NCBI GenBank assembly: GCA_900316255.1
Contig: ONCI01000004.1
Coordinates: 44,690-76,689 of the forward strand
Reading direction: 5' to 3'
Source of the DNA: an uncultured Eubacteriales bacterium
GTDB taxonomy: Bacteria > Bacillota > Clostridia > Oscillospirales > Oscillospiraceae
Length of the DNA stretch: 32,000 nucleotides
Program-made: the position numbers and the translations under genes
The notes under the pieces: model-generated
The model's input: only the letters and a program-made list of their open reading frames with translations
Told to the model about the DNA's origin: nothing
Database searches by the model: none
In this document: piece after piece, positions 16,891 through 25,119 of the stretch
Position numbering within the stretch: the stretch's first letter is position 1
Layout of the letters: each line of letters starts with the position of its first letter

Positions 16891-18369
16891 ATGACAGAGC
16901 AAAACATCTATCAGGACTTGTCCCAACGTACCGGCGGCGCCTGCATGCTGGGCGTAGTGGGCCCTGTTCGAACAGGGAAATCCACCTTTATCAAGCGTTT
17001 TATGGAGACCCTGGTGATCCCGGGGATCCAGAATGAGTATCTGCGCCAGCGGGCACAGGACGAGCTGCCGCAAAGCGGCTCCGGCCGCAGCATCATGACG
17101 GCGGAGCCGAAGTTTGTGCCGGAGGAGCCGGTATCCATCTCCCTGGGAGAAAACAGCCGGCTCTCCGTTCGTCTGGTGGACTGTGTGGGCTACATGGTGG
17201 AGGGTGCGGTCGGGCAGATGGAGGACGGGAAGGAACGCCTTGTGACGACGCCCTGGTTCGACCACGAAGTCACCATGACCGAAGCGGCGGAGAAGGGGAC
17301 TGCCCTTGTCATTCAGGACCATGCCACCATCGGCATAGTAGTGACCACGGACGGCAGCGTGTGCGATCTGCCGCGGGAGGCCTACCGCATGCCGGAGCGC
17401 CGGGTCATCTCCGAACTGAAGACCATCGGCAAGCCCTTTGTTGTTCTCCTGAACAGCGCGGATCCGAGAGGGGAGAGAGCACAGGAGCTTGCAGCCCGGA
17501 TCGCCGGGGAATATGACGTCAGCTGTATGCCGGTCAGCTGCCAGGCCATGAGTGAAGGGGAGATCCGCCAGATCCTTCAGCTTGCGCTGGAGGAATTTCC
17601 GCTTCGTGCGCTGGAATTCTATCTGCCGGACTGGGTCTCCGCCCTCCCACCGGAGGAGGAGCTGAAGCAAAAGATCTATGCAGCCATCAAAGCAAGCGGA
17701 GAGGGGATCGAAAAGCTACGGGATTTTCAGCTTGTGCAGCAGCGTTTGCAGGTCTCAGATTTGATTTCATCCGTCTCGGTCTGCCGGGAAGAACCAGGCA
17801 AAGGCGCAGCGGCTCTTCGCCTTTTGCCTCCTCGGGAACTCTACTACGCGATGATCAGTGAGCGCTGCGGCACAGCTATAGAAAATGACGGCCAGCTGAT
17901 GGCCTTCATGAGCGAGATGCGGGAGATCCGAAGGGAATACATCCATGTCCATCAGGCTTTGGAAGAGGTCAAAAGCACAGGCTACGGGATTATTTTGCCC
18001 GAATCGGAAGAGCTGCGTCTGGAGGAACCCCAGATCGTGCGGCAAAACGGCAAATACACGGTAAAGCTCCGCGCCGCGGCGCCGGCCATCCACATGATCC
18101 GCACTCAGATCGAAAGCGAAGTCACGCCTGCCATAGGCGGGGACGGCGCATCCGAAGAGATCCTGGGCTTTCTGCTCCAGGGCTTTGACGGGGACATCAA
18201 CCGTATCTGGGAGTCGAATATCTTCGGCCGTTCTCTCAACGATCTGGCAGAGGACAGCATTATCGGTCGGATCCAGTCCCTGCCGGAAAATGTGAAGTGC
18301 CGGCTTCGGGACACACTGGAACGGCTGATCAATGAGGGCGGAAGCGGGCTCATCTGCATCCTGCTATGA
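16891..18369 (+). CDS. spoIVA: stage IV sporulation protein A (spore coat basement-layer ATPase)
   Basis: IYQDLSQRTGGACMLGVVGPVRTGKSTFIKRFME (Walker A). The product is 492 aa from ATG 16891, the length I recall for B. subtilis SpoIVA. RBS GGAGG lies 8 nt upstream. Confidence 0.94.
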   Translation: MTEQNIYQDLSQRTGGACMLGVVGPVRTGKSTFIKRFMETLVIPGIQNEYLRQRAQDELPQSGSGRSIMTAEPKFVPEEPVSISLGENSRLSVRLVDCVGYMVEGAVGQMEDGKERLVTTPWFDHEVTMTEAAEKGTALVIQDHATIGIVVTTDGSVCDLPREAYRMPERRVISELKTIGKPFVVLLNSADPRGERAQELAARIAGEYDVSCMPVSCQAMSEGEIRQILQLALEEFPLRALEFYLPDWVSALPPEEELKQKIYAAIKASGEGIEKLRDFQLVQQRLQVSDLISSVSVCREEPGKGAAALRLLPPRELYYAMISERCGTAIENDGQLMAFMSEMREIRREYIHVHQALEEVKSTGYGIILPESEELRLEEPQIVRQNGKYTVKLRAAAPAIHMIRTQIESEVTPAIGGDGASEEILGFLLQGFDGDINRIWESNIFGRSLNDLAEDSIIGRIQSLPENVKCRLRDTLERLINEGGSGLICILL

Positions 18370-18404
18370 TCTTCCCTTTGACTTCACAGGGAGGAGACGA
18401 TATA

Positions 18405-19139
18405 ATGGAAACGAAGAATCCCGTACCTCAGAAAGCAGAGTCGTTTCGCCGGCAGCGGATCCTGGCGGTCCTCTCCGCGGTGTTTTTGCTGATCGGGTCC
18501 CTGTGCTTTGCCCGGTGGATGCTTCCGGAGCGAAAGCCCGTCCTGGCAGAGCTGGAGAGACCGGCCCTGCTGATCGATCCCGGCCACGGCGGCTTTGATG
18601 GCGGTGCCATCGCCTATAACGGCGTGAAGGAAAGTGATCTGAATCTCTCCATCGCTTTGAAAATGCGGGATTTAGCAGCATTTTACGGTCTTTCCGCCGT
18701 CATGACCCGTCAGGACGACAGTCCCAGGACGGATGCCGCAAGTTACAGCGAACATGAGGATCTGGTCTTCCGTGCCGACCTTGCCAACAGCCTTTCCCCC
18801 TGCGTGCTTTTCAGTATCCACCAGAACACGTTTCCCACCTCGCAGCCCAGCGGCGTTCAGACCCTCTATGGGCCGGATGCGGAGAGCCGCCGCCTAGGGG
18901 AATTGACCCACCGGAACCTGATCGAAGGGATCCAGCCTGATAACCGCCGTGTTGCCGCACCGGCTCCAAAGGAGCTGTTCCTCACGTCTCATGCGAACTG
19001 CCCGGTCGTCCTTGTGGAATGCGGCTTCCTTTCCAATCTGTCCGATCTCCAGCGCCTCTGCGACAACCGCTATCAAAGCAGCCTCGCCGCCGCGATGCTG
19101 GGGTCTTACCTTCAATTTACCGATACGTCCCGTATTTGA
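18405..19139 (+). CDS. cwlD: N-acetylmuramoyl-L-alanine amidase, CwlD-like (germination-specific)
   Basis: N-terminal TM segment, then amidase_3 motifs IDPGHGGFDGGA, SIHQN and VVLVECGFLSN. ATG at 18405 follows GGGAGGAG. An alternative ATG at 18366 overlaps the spoIVA stop. Confidence 0.78.
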   Translation: METKNPVPQKAESFRRQRILAVLSAVFLLIGSLCFARWMLPERKPVLAELERPALLIDPGHGGFDGGAIAYNGVKESDLNLSIALKMRDLAAFYGLSAVMTRQDDSPRTDAASYSEHEDLVFRADLANSLSPCVLFSIHQNTFPTSQPSGVQTLYGPDAESRRLGELTHRNLIEGIQPDNRRVAAPAPKELFLTSHANCPVVLVECGFLSNLSDLQRLCDNRYQSSLAAAMLGSYLQFTDTSRI

Positions 19140-19157
19140 CGGGACGGGGAGAATGCT

Positions 19158-20534
19158 ATGGCCAACAAAAAGAAAACGGTGTATGTCTGTGCCGAATGCG
19201 GCCATGAGACCGCGAACTGGGCTGGAAAATGCCCATCCTGCGGCAGATGGAACAGCATGAAGGAGCTGACGCTGGACGATAAGCCCGGAGCCCGGGCCGA
19301 TTCCCGGCGCTCTCTTCCCAAGGCTAAAAAAATGTCCCAGCTGGATACGGAGGCGGAGGTTCGCTTCGCAACCGGCATTTCGGAATTTGACCGGGTCCTG
19401 GGCGGCGGAGCTGTCCTCGGCTCTCTGAATCTTGTGGGCGGCGCCCCGGGCATCGGCAAGTCCACGCTGCTCCTGCAGATGTGCGCCACGCTGGAATCGG
19501 AACGGACGATCCTCTATGTAACCGCTGAGGAGAGCGAGCGCCAGCTCAAGCTCAGAGCACAGCGTCTCGGCGTGGAGAACGAAGAGCTCTACGTTCTGGC
19601 CGAGACCGCGCTGGAGAGTATCCTGGCTGCGGTGGAGGATCTCAAGCCGGAGATCCTCATCCTGGACTCCATCCAGACGGTTTCCAGCGCCGAATCGGAT
19701 TCCGCCCCCGGCAGTGTCAGCCAGGTGCGGGATTGCACCATGCGTCTCATGCGCCTTGCCAAGGAGAAGGGGACCACCGTCTTTGTGGTCGGCCATATTA
19801 CCAAAGAAGGCAGCATCGCCGGCCCGAAGGTGCTGGAACATATGGTGGACTGTGTGCTTTATTTTGAAGGCGAGCGCAATACCAGCTTTCGGATCCTGCG
19901 CGCTGCCAAGAACCGCTTCGGCTCCACCAACGAGATCGGCGTCTTCGAGATGAACGAGGAAGGTCTGCGCTGCGTGGATAATCCCTCCGAACTGCTCCTC
20001 TCCGGCAGACCCGCCAACAGTCCGGGGACCTGTGTCGCCTGCGTCATCGAGGGCACACGGCCCCTTCTGGCTGAAGTCCAGGCTCTGGTAACACCTGCCG
20101 CCTATAATGCCGCCCGCCGCAGCAACGGAATCGACTACAACCGGGCCGCCATGCTGCTGGCCGTACTGGAAAAGCGCGGCGGGATCCCGGTTGGCAGCTG
20201 TGACGCCTATATCAATGTTGTGGGCGGCCTCAGCCTGGAGGAGCCTGCCGCAGACCTGGCAACAGCCCTTGCCGTTGCCTCCAGCTATCTGGACCGGCCT
20301 TTGGGCTCCGACCTGGCGGCCATCGGAGAAGTGGGCCTGGCAGGGGAGATCCGCAGCGTCAGCAATCTGAACCAGCGCCTTTCTGAGATCGCGCGGCTGG
20401 GCTTTCAGCGCTGCGTCATTCCGGCCCATGTCCGTAACGAGATCCGCTGTCCGGACAGTTTAAAGCTCATCTCCGTGAAAAACATCGGTGAGGCTGTTGC
20501 TGCGGTATTGGGGAAACAGATGGCTGGGAAGTGA
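19158..20534 (+). CDS. radA: DNA repair protein RadA/Sms
   Basis: Zinc finger CAECGHETANWAGKCPSCGRWNS, Walker A GGAPGIGKSTLLLQ, the KNRFG motif and a Lon-protease-like C-terminal domain. Confidence 0.95.
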   Translation: MANKKKTVYVCAECGHETANWAGKCPSCGRWNSMKELTLDDKPGARADSRRSLPKAKKMSQLDTEAEVRFATGISEFDRVLGGGAVLGSLNLVGGAPGIGKSTLLLQMCATLESERTILYVTAEESERQLKLRAQRLGVENEELYVLAETALESILAAVEDLKPEILILDSIQTVSSAESDSAPGSVSQVRDCTMRLMRLAKEKGTTVFVVGHITKEGSIAGPKVLEHMVDCVLYFEGERNTSFRILRAAKNRFGSTNEIGVFEMNEEGLRCVDNPSELLLSGRPANSPGTCVACVIEGTRPLLAEVQALVTPAAYNAARRSNGIDYNRAAMLLAVLEKRGGIPVGSCDAYINVVGGLSLEEPAADLATALAVASSYLDRPLGSDLAAIGEVGLAGEIRSVSNLNQRLSEIARLGFQRCVIPAHVRNEIRCPDSLKLISVKNIGEAVAAVLGKQMAGK

Positions 20535-20559
20535 GCTTGTGATTTATTTCACAATCAGC

Positions 20560-20622
20560 GCTTCAAAAAAACGCAGGACTTTCGGGGTAGGGTACTTCGG
20601 ATATCCTGCGTTTTTCTGAAGC
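20560..20622. terminator. bidirectional terminator between radA and the recombinase gene
   Basis: GCTTCAAAAAAACGCAGGA pairs with TCCTGCGTTTTTCTGAAGC: a 19-bp stem with one mismatch, with A and T tracts in both orientations. Confidence 0.7.
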
Positions 20623-20639
20623 GAAGAGGGAAGAACGTC

Positions 20640-21629
20640 TTATTCCTCCCGTTCTTTTCTTGTTTTTCTTCCGATGGGATTGGCCATTGCAGCCTCATGG
20701 AGCGAGGCATTGTCCAGGTGGGTGTAGATCTGTGTGGTGTTCAGGTTGCTGTGACCCAGAACTTCCTGCAGCGCGCGAATATCAGCGCCATTTTTCAACA
20801 TCAATGTTGCAGCCGTGTGCCGCAGCTTATGGGGCGAATACCGGGACGCGTCCAGGCCCGCCATCAGCAGTTTTTTCTCCACCATTTGCTGAACGCCTCT
20901 TACGCCAAATCTGCAATTTTTTTGACTGATAAATAAGGCATTTCTATCATTTTCCCGTACATTCTCAACATTTCGGACCATTAAATAGTCGTCGATGGCC
21001 TCCCGGCAGCCCTCGCCGAAATACACGACGCGCTCTTTATTGCCTTTGCCGAGGACACGCACGTGATCCTCATATACATCCGTTACATTGAGCCCGACCA
21101 ATTCCGAAACCCGCAGCCCGCAGCTGATGAAGAGCATCAGGATGGCGTAATCCCGCAGCGCGTAGGGACCTTCACAGGCGTCCAGCAGCCGCTCGCATTC
21201 CGATTCTTCCAGGTAACGCGGCAGGCTGGCCTGACGCTTGGGCATATCCAGTTCCAGGGCAATGTTTTTTTCCAGCAAATGCCGTTTTATTGTAAGATAC
21301 TTAAAAAAGGATTTTACCGTCGAAGTACGGCGGCAGCGGCTGGCAGCTGAGAGTGATTGGTCCGATTCCGGGGAAAAGGACTGGTACCGGTAGAGTTCCT
21401 CGATTTTGATCGCTTGGATGAAGTCCAAGTCGACGTCTGTGATATCGATCTCATCAAAAGGAACACTGCGATCTACCAGATGTCTTCTGCGTTTCAGAAA
21501 GCGCAGCAGGATCTTCAGATCCAGGTAATAGGCCATCACAGTCCGATCCGAGTGGCCGCGCACGGTGGAATGGTATTCCAGAAACTCCAGCACGATATCC
21601 GGTACATCGTTGATCTCGTCAAGCTTCAT
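20640..21629 (-). CDS. tyrosine site-specific recombinase (XerC/XerD/phage-integrase family)
   Basis: SAM-like N-terminal domain. The catalytic set appears intact: R in GLRVSEL, K in GKGNKER, HKLRH, LGHS and Y in QIYTHL. GC looks lower than in neighbouring genes (several 60-nt lines hand-count near 40%). Confidence 0.9.
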   Translation of the reverse strand: MKLDEINDVPDIVLEFLEYHSTVRGHSDRTVMAYYLDLKILLRFLKRRRHLVDRSVPFDEIDITDVDLDFIQAIKIEELYRYQSFSPESDQSLSAASRCRRTSTVKSFFKYLTIKRHLLEKNIALELDMPKRQASLPRYLEESECERLLDACEGPYALRDYAILMLFISCGLRVSELVGLNVTDVYEDHVRVLGKGNKERVVYFGEGCREAIDDYLMVRNVENVRENDRNALFISQKNCRFGVRGVQQMVEKKLLMAGLDASRYSPHKLRHTAATLMLKNGADIRALQEVLGHSNLNTTQIYTHLDNASLHEAAMANPIGRKTRKEREE

Positions 21630-21741
21630 ATTCTATCGAACTCCCTTCGAATAATGAACTGTTGAAATCTCTCTAAATTCGTATTATGCGATATTTTGTC
21701 ACTATTTCGTTACGGGGTCGTAAAGCTCCCCCGTCGCATTT

Positions 21742-21770
21742 AGTATAAGAAATCGTGCTGCGTTTGTCAA
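21742..21770 (-). promoter_or_regulatory. sigma-A type promoter for the recombinase gene
   Basis: On the minus strand: TTGACA (21770-21765), a 17-nt spacer, then TATACT (21747-21742). This predicts a 5' UTR of about 105 nt. Confidence 0.5.
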
Positions 21771-22253
21771 GAATTCTTTTCTGCGCTGACGCCCGGTTCC
21801 GTTTTAGAAATACGATTCCCGCCTTTTGATTGATACTTCGATTGAAGCTGCACAGTATGACGCATCCGGCTCCGTCCTTTCAGGTCTTAACGCATCATAC
21901 CGCTAATTCCTTTTCTTCTCCTATCTATCTGCGATACGTCTCATTTTCGATCTCTCTGAAATGCTCTGTATTTTGCGTCTCATCACAAATCACCTTCCTT
22001 GCCAGACTCGACGCTGTCATCATTGGATCCCGGTGCATGAAGTCTATCTCTTTCCTTTCCCCGCCCCAGTCTCAAGTAAGTACATTCCATCGCATTATGA
22101 TTTGTTAATTGTATAACGATCTTATCAACATGTAAACTTAAGCCTTCGGGATTATATTGGCAGTCTAAATATCAATTTGTCGTGATTCCGTACAAAATAC
22201 AGCCAAAATATAGCAAATAAATAAGAATTCATGAATAATCTGCATATTTTATC

Positions 22254-22286
22254 AAAAAACAGGCTTCCAGTCGGAAGCCTGTTTTT
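22254..22286. terminator. bidirectional intrinsic terminator downstream of the P-type-ATPase-like gene
   Basis: AAAAACAGGCTTCC pairs with GGAAGCCTGTTTTT around an AGTC loop. Confidence 0.78.
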
Positions 22287-22302
22287 GATAGTGGAATCGG
22301 GT

Positions 22303-23958
22303 TCAGAATTCGTCCTTGGGAGAGGCAAATCTGCTGGTATCGATCAGCGGGTCCTTGGTGACGCGGATGGCATTGAGCAGCGTGGCCAACACCGCGGCGG
22401 AGTCCATGAACAGCACAAACCAGATGCTGCTGAGACCCAGCATGCTCAGGAAGATCATCAGAGCTTTTACGCCGAAGACGAAGATCGCATTTTCCTTCGC
22501 CACCTGGCACATCCGGCGGGAAAGCTGCACGGCAAAGGGCAAGGCGCTTGCCTTCTCGGGTGGGATCGCCACGTCAGCAAACTTGGTTTTCTGGCTGAAA
22601 CGCACATCCACATCTGCGGCGCTGTGCATCTCAAGGCCGTTGGAATACAGGAACATCACATGGTTCCGGGTCCCCTGATTCAAATCTTCGATATGCTGGA
22701 GCTTGCGCTCGGTATCGCACTCACCGAAGACCTCATCAAAGCCAAACTTGTCTGCAAACTTCTGGCTCTCCCCTGCCCCGTCTTCTGTCAGAAGAACAGC
22801 CTCGCGTACACCGATATCCCGTACGCCTTCCAGCAGTTCGAGACCGATGTCGTTGGCCTGGGAAGCGAATACGAGATAGCCTACATACCGGCTGGATACG
22901 GTGAGGTAGAACACCTCCCCTTCCTCCTCCACTTCCGGGACAGCAACGCCTCTTGCGGTGAGGTAGTCGTCGGTTCCCAAGATCACGGGAGACCCGCCGA
23001 TCTTGACTTCCACGCCGCAGCCGGGAACGTCAACGAAATCGCTGATCACTTCCAGCTTGTAGTCCTGCTCGCTCAGCGCGGGGATCGCCTTGGCAAAGGC
23101 CTGCTCGGAGTAGTACACCGCATGGGCCACAAAGCTCATGAAGGTCTTCCTGTCCAGAACATCGGAATGTACGCTCTGAAGCTCGGGAGCGCCGGAGGAG
23201 AAGATCCCGGCCTTATCGAAAACAGCAACATTGACGTCCGCCGTTTTCTCCATCACCTTGCCATTGCGGAACAGGATCCCGCTTCTGGCACCGTAGCACA
23301 GGCCCACAAGGGCGGTATACGGCATGGCAGCGACCACAGACGCGGGGATCGCCGTCATGATGATCATCAGGGCTCTGTGGATGGCAACGCTGTAGGTATA
23401 GTCGCCCAGTCTGGGAAGCAGGAAGATGTAGATCAGAGCAACGACCATGGCGATCTTCAGCAGCAGATCAGCGCTGTGGAACGCATCCGCCTCCATCTGC
23501 AGTTTTCCGGCATCCTCATTGGCAAACAACTCCCCTGCCTGGTCAAGGATCTCGTCGCCGTCTCCGTTCAGAAGCTCAAGCGCGGCACTGCGGGTCCGCT
23601 TGCGCGCGTAGTCCACGACGATCAAGCTCAGTTGATAGAGGAGAAGCATCGCCGCACCTTCCGTAGGATATCCGATCAGGAAGGAAACGAACGCAATAAA
23701 CAGGACCAGGATAGGCGTTGCAAAATAGTCTCTCTCCAGAACGCTGTCAAAGGCCTTCAGTCCCAGATCGAAGGCGGATGCGATCGCGGACAGAGCGAGA
23801 AGGATGACCCTCACGATCTGATTCTTGATCACAAACGCGCCCAGGATCAGGAGGACCGCCGCCAGGATCAGGCGTCCGATCAAGATCATATCAGGAGAGC
23901 CTGCGGCAGTGCTTTTGCTTTTTGCCGCAAACCTCGGGCGTTCGTTTATCGGGCTCAT
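22303..23958 (-). CDS. P1B-type (heavy-metal) P-type ATPase homologue with degenerate catalytic motifs
   Basis: Eight-TM layout plus a P/N-domain-like core, collinear with CadA/ZntA-type pumps. However DKTGT is DKAGI, the TM6 CPC motif is IPAS, LTGD is LTED and GDGxNDxP is YSNGLEMH. The actuator domain with TGES is reduced to about 35 aa, and there is no N-terminal CxxC metal-binding domain. ATG at 23958 follows GGAGGTGG. Confidence 0.72.
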   Translation of the reverse strand: MSPINERPRFAAKSKSTAAGSPDMILIGRLILAAVLLILGAFVIKNQIVRVILLALSAIASAFDLGLKAFDSVLERDYFATPILVLFIAFVSFLIGYPTEGAAMLLLYQLSLIVVDYARKRTRSAALELLNGDGDEILDQAGELFANEDAGKLQMEADAFHSADLLLKIAMVVALIYIFLLPRLGDYTYSVAIHRALMIIMTAIPASVVAAMPYTALVGLCYGARSGILFRNGKVMEKTADVNVAVFDKAGIFSSGAPELQSVHSDVLDRKTFMSFVAHAVYYSEQAFAKAIPALSEQDYKLEVISDFVDVPGCGVEVKIGGSPVILGTDDYLTARGVAVPEVEEEGEVFYLTVSSRYVGYLVFASQANDIGLELLEGVRDIGVREAVLLTEDGAGESQKFADKFGFDEVFGECDTERKLQHIEDLNQGTRNHVMFLYSNGLEMHSAADVDVRFSQKTKFADVAIPPEKASALPFAVQLSRRMCQVAKENAIFVFGVKALMIFLSMLGLSSIWFVLFMDSAAVLATLLNAIRVTKDPLIDTSRFASPKDEF

Positions 23959-24009
23959 TCCAGCCACCTCCAAGAATTATCTTTCTAAAACTTGCGGAAG
24001 AGATTCGAC

Positions 24010-24978
24010 TCAGGCCTTGCCGTCGGAACCCAGAACGTGGACGATCTTGTGGGCGACCATGTCCTTCACAGCCTGACGAGCGGGCTTCAGATACTGACGC
24101 GGGTCGAAGTGATCGGGATGCTCGGCAAAGTACTTGCGGATATTGGCGGTCATGGCAAGACGGATATCGGAGTCGATGTTGATCTTGCAGACAGCCAGCT
24201 TTGCAGCCTCACGCAGCTGATCCTCGGGGATGCCGATGGCGTCGGGCATATTGCCGCCGTACTGGTTGACCATCTTCACAAACTCCTGAGGAACGGAGGA
24301 GGAACCGTGCAGAACAATGGGGAAGCCGGGCAGGCGCTTGATGCACTCGTGCAGAACGTCGAAGCGCAGCGGGGGCGGCACCAGGATGCCATCAGCATTG
24401 CGGGTGCACTGGGAAGCCTTGAACTTGTAGGCACCGTGGGAGGTGCCGATGGCGATGGCCAGGGAGTCGCAGCCGGTGCGGGAAACGAACTCTTCCACTT
24501 CCTCGGGACGGGTGTAGCTCTCCTTGCCGTGCTCCACGTTGACCTCATCTTCCACGCCGGCCAGGGTGCCCAACTCAGCCTCGACCACAACGCCGTGATC
24601 GTGGGCATACTCCACGACCTGACGGGTCAGGGCGATGTTCTCTTCAAAGGGCTTGGAGGAAGCGTCGATCATGACGGAGGTGAAGCCGCCGTCGATGCAG
24701 CTCTTGCAGAGCTCAAAGCTGTCGCCGTGGTCCAGATGCAGGGCGATGGGGATCTCGGGATTCTCGATGATGGCAGCTTCCACCAGCTTCACCAAATAGG
24801 TGTGGTTGGCGTAGGCGCGGGCACCCTTGGAGACCTGCAGGATGACGGGGCTCTTCAGCTCGCCGGCAGCTTCGGTGATGCCCTGAACGATCTCCATGTT
24901 GTTCACGTTGAACGCACCGATGGCGTAGCCGCCGTCATAAGCCTTCGCAAACATTTCTTTTGTAGTAACAAGTGCCAT
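24010..24978 (-). CDS. fba: class II fructose-1,6-bisphosphate aldolase
   Basis: MALVTTKEMFAKAYDGGYAIGAFNVNNME, LHLDHG and VLHGSSSVP. ATG at 24978 follows AGGAGAAC. The 10 codons upstream in the track ORF are rejected. Confidence 0.94.
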   Translation of the reverse strand: MALVTTKEMFAKAYDGGYAIGAFNVNNMEIVQGITEAAGELKSPVILQVSKGARAYANHTYLVKLVEAAIIENPEIPIALHLDHGDSFELCKSCIDGGFTSVMIDASSKPFEENIALTRQVVEYAHDHGVVVEAELGTLAGVEDEVNVEHGKESYTRPEEVEEFVSRTGCDSLAIAIGTSHGAYKFKASQCTRNADGILVPPPLRFDVLHECIKRLPGFPIVLHGSSSVPQEFVKMVNQYGGNMPDAIGIPEDQLREAAKLAVCKINIDSDIRLAMTANIRKYFAEHPDHFDPRQYLKPARQAVKDMVAHKIVHVLGSDGKA

Positions 24979-25035
24979 AGTAGTTCTCCTTGTCAATTTT
25001 TTGTACAAATAGCATATTTACAAATTTGCTTTTCT

Positions 25036-25064
25036 ATTATATTCTCATTCCATGCCAGAATCAA
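25036..25064 (-). promoter_or_regulatory. sigma-A type promoter for fba
   Basis: On the minus strand: TTGATT (25064-25059), a 17-nt spacer, then TATAAT (25041-25036). Confidence 0.5.
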
Positions 25065-25119
25065 GAAGCAGCTTTCACAAATATGCAAAATTTTTTAGTT
25101 TTACTGGAGGAAAACATAC

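Noticed and set aside
21830-22108. A 92-aa plus-strand ORF (TTG start) inside the AT-rich region upstream of the recombinase.
   Set aside because: It has no RBS, the translation is Ser/Phe/Leu-rich and low in complexity, and it lies on the pyrimidine-rich strand. It is most likely a chance ORF.
22112-22139. A dif-like element: ATGTAAACT (22130-22138) is identical to the XerD-arm end of the B. subtilis dif site as I recall it (ACTTCCTAGAA-TATATA-TTATGTAAACT). It lies about 500 bp upstream of the Xer-family recombinase.
   Set aside because: Only 9 of 28 positions match. The expected left arm and the 6-bp central region (GTATAACGATC / TTATCA here) show no similarity or dyad symmetry. A 9-mer match is not rare across 64 kb of two-strand sequence. 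It is worth a PWM scan, but the sequence alone does not support it.
20640-23958. A prophage, ICE or transposon interpretation of the recombinase region.
   Set aside because: There are no excisionase, replication, conjugation, capsid or transposase genes, and I found no tRNA target or flanking direct repeats by eye. Only a lone recombinase is supportable.
25000-25082. Rex (TTGTGAA-N-TTCACAA) or CcpA cre sites in the fba/pfk spacer.
   Set aside because: Only a single TTCACAA half-site (25074-25080) is present, and there is no cre-like TGWAANCGNTNWCA. The repeated ACAAAT motif is reported as a finding instead, without naming a regulator.
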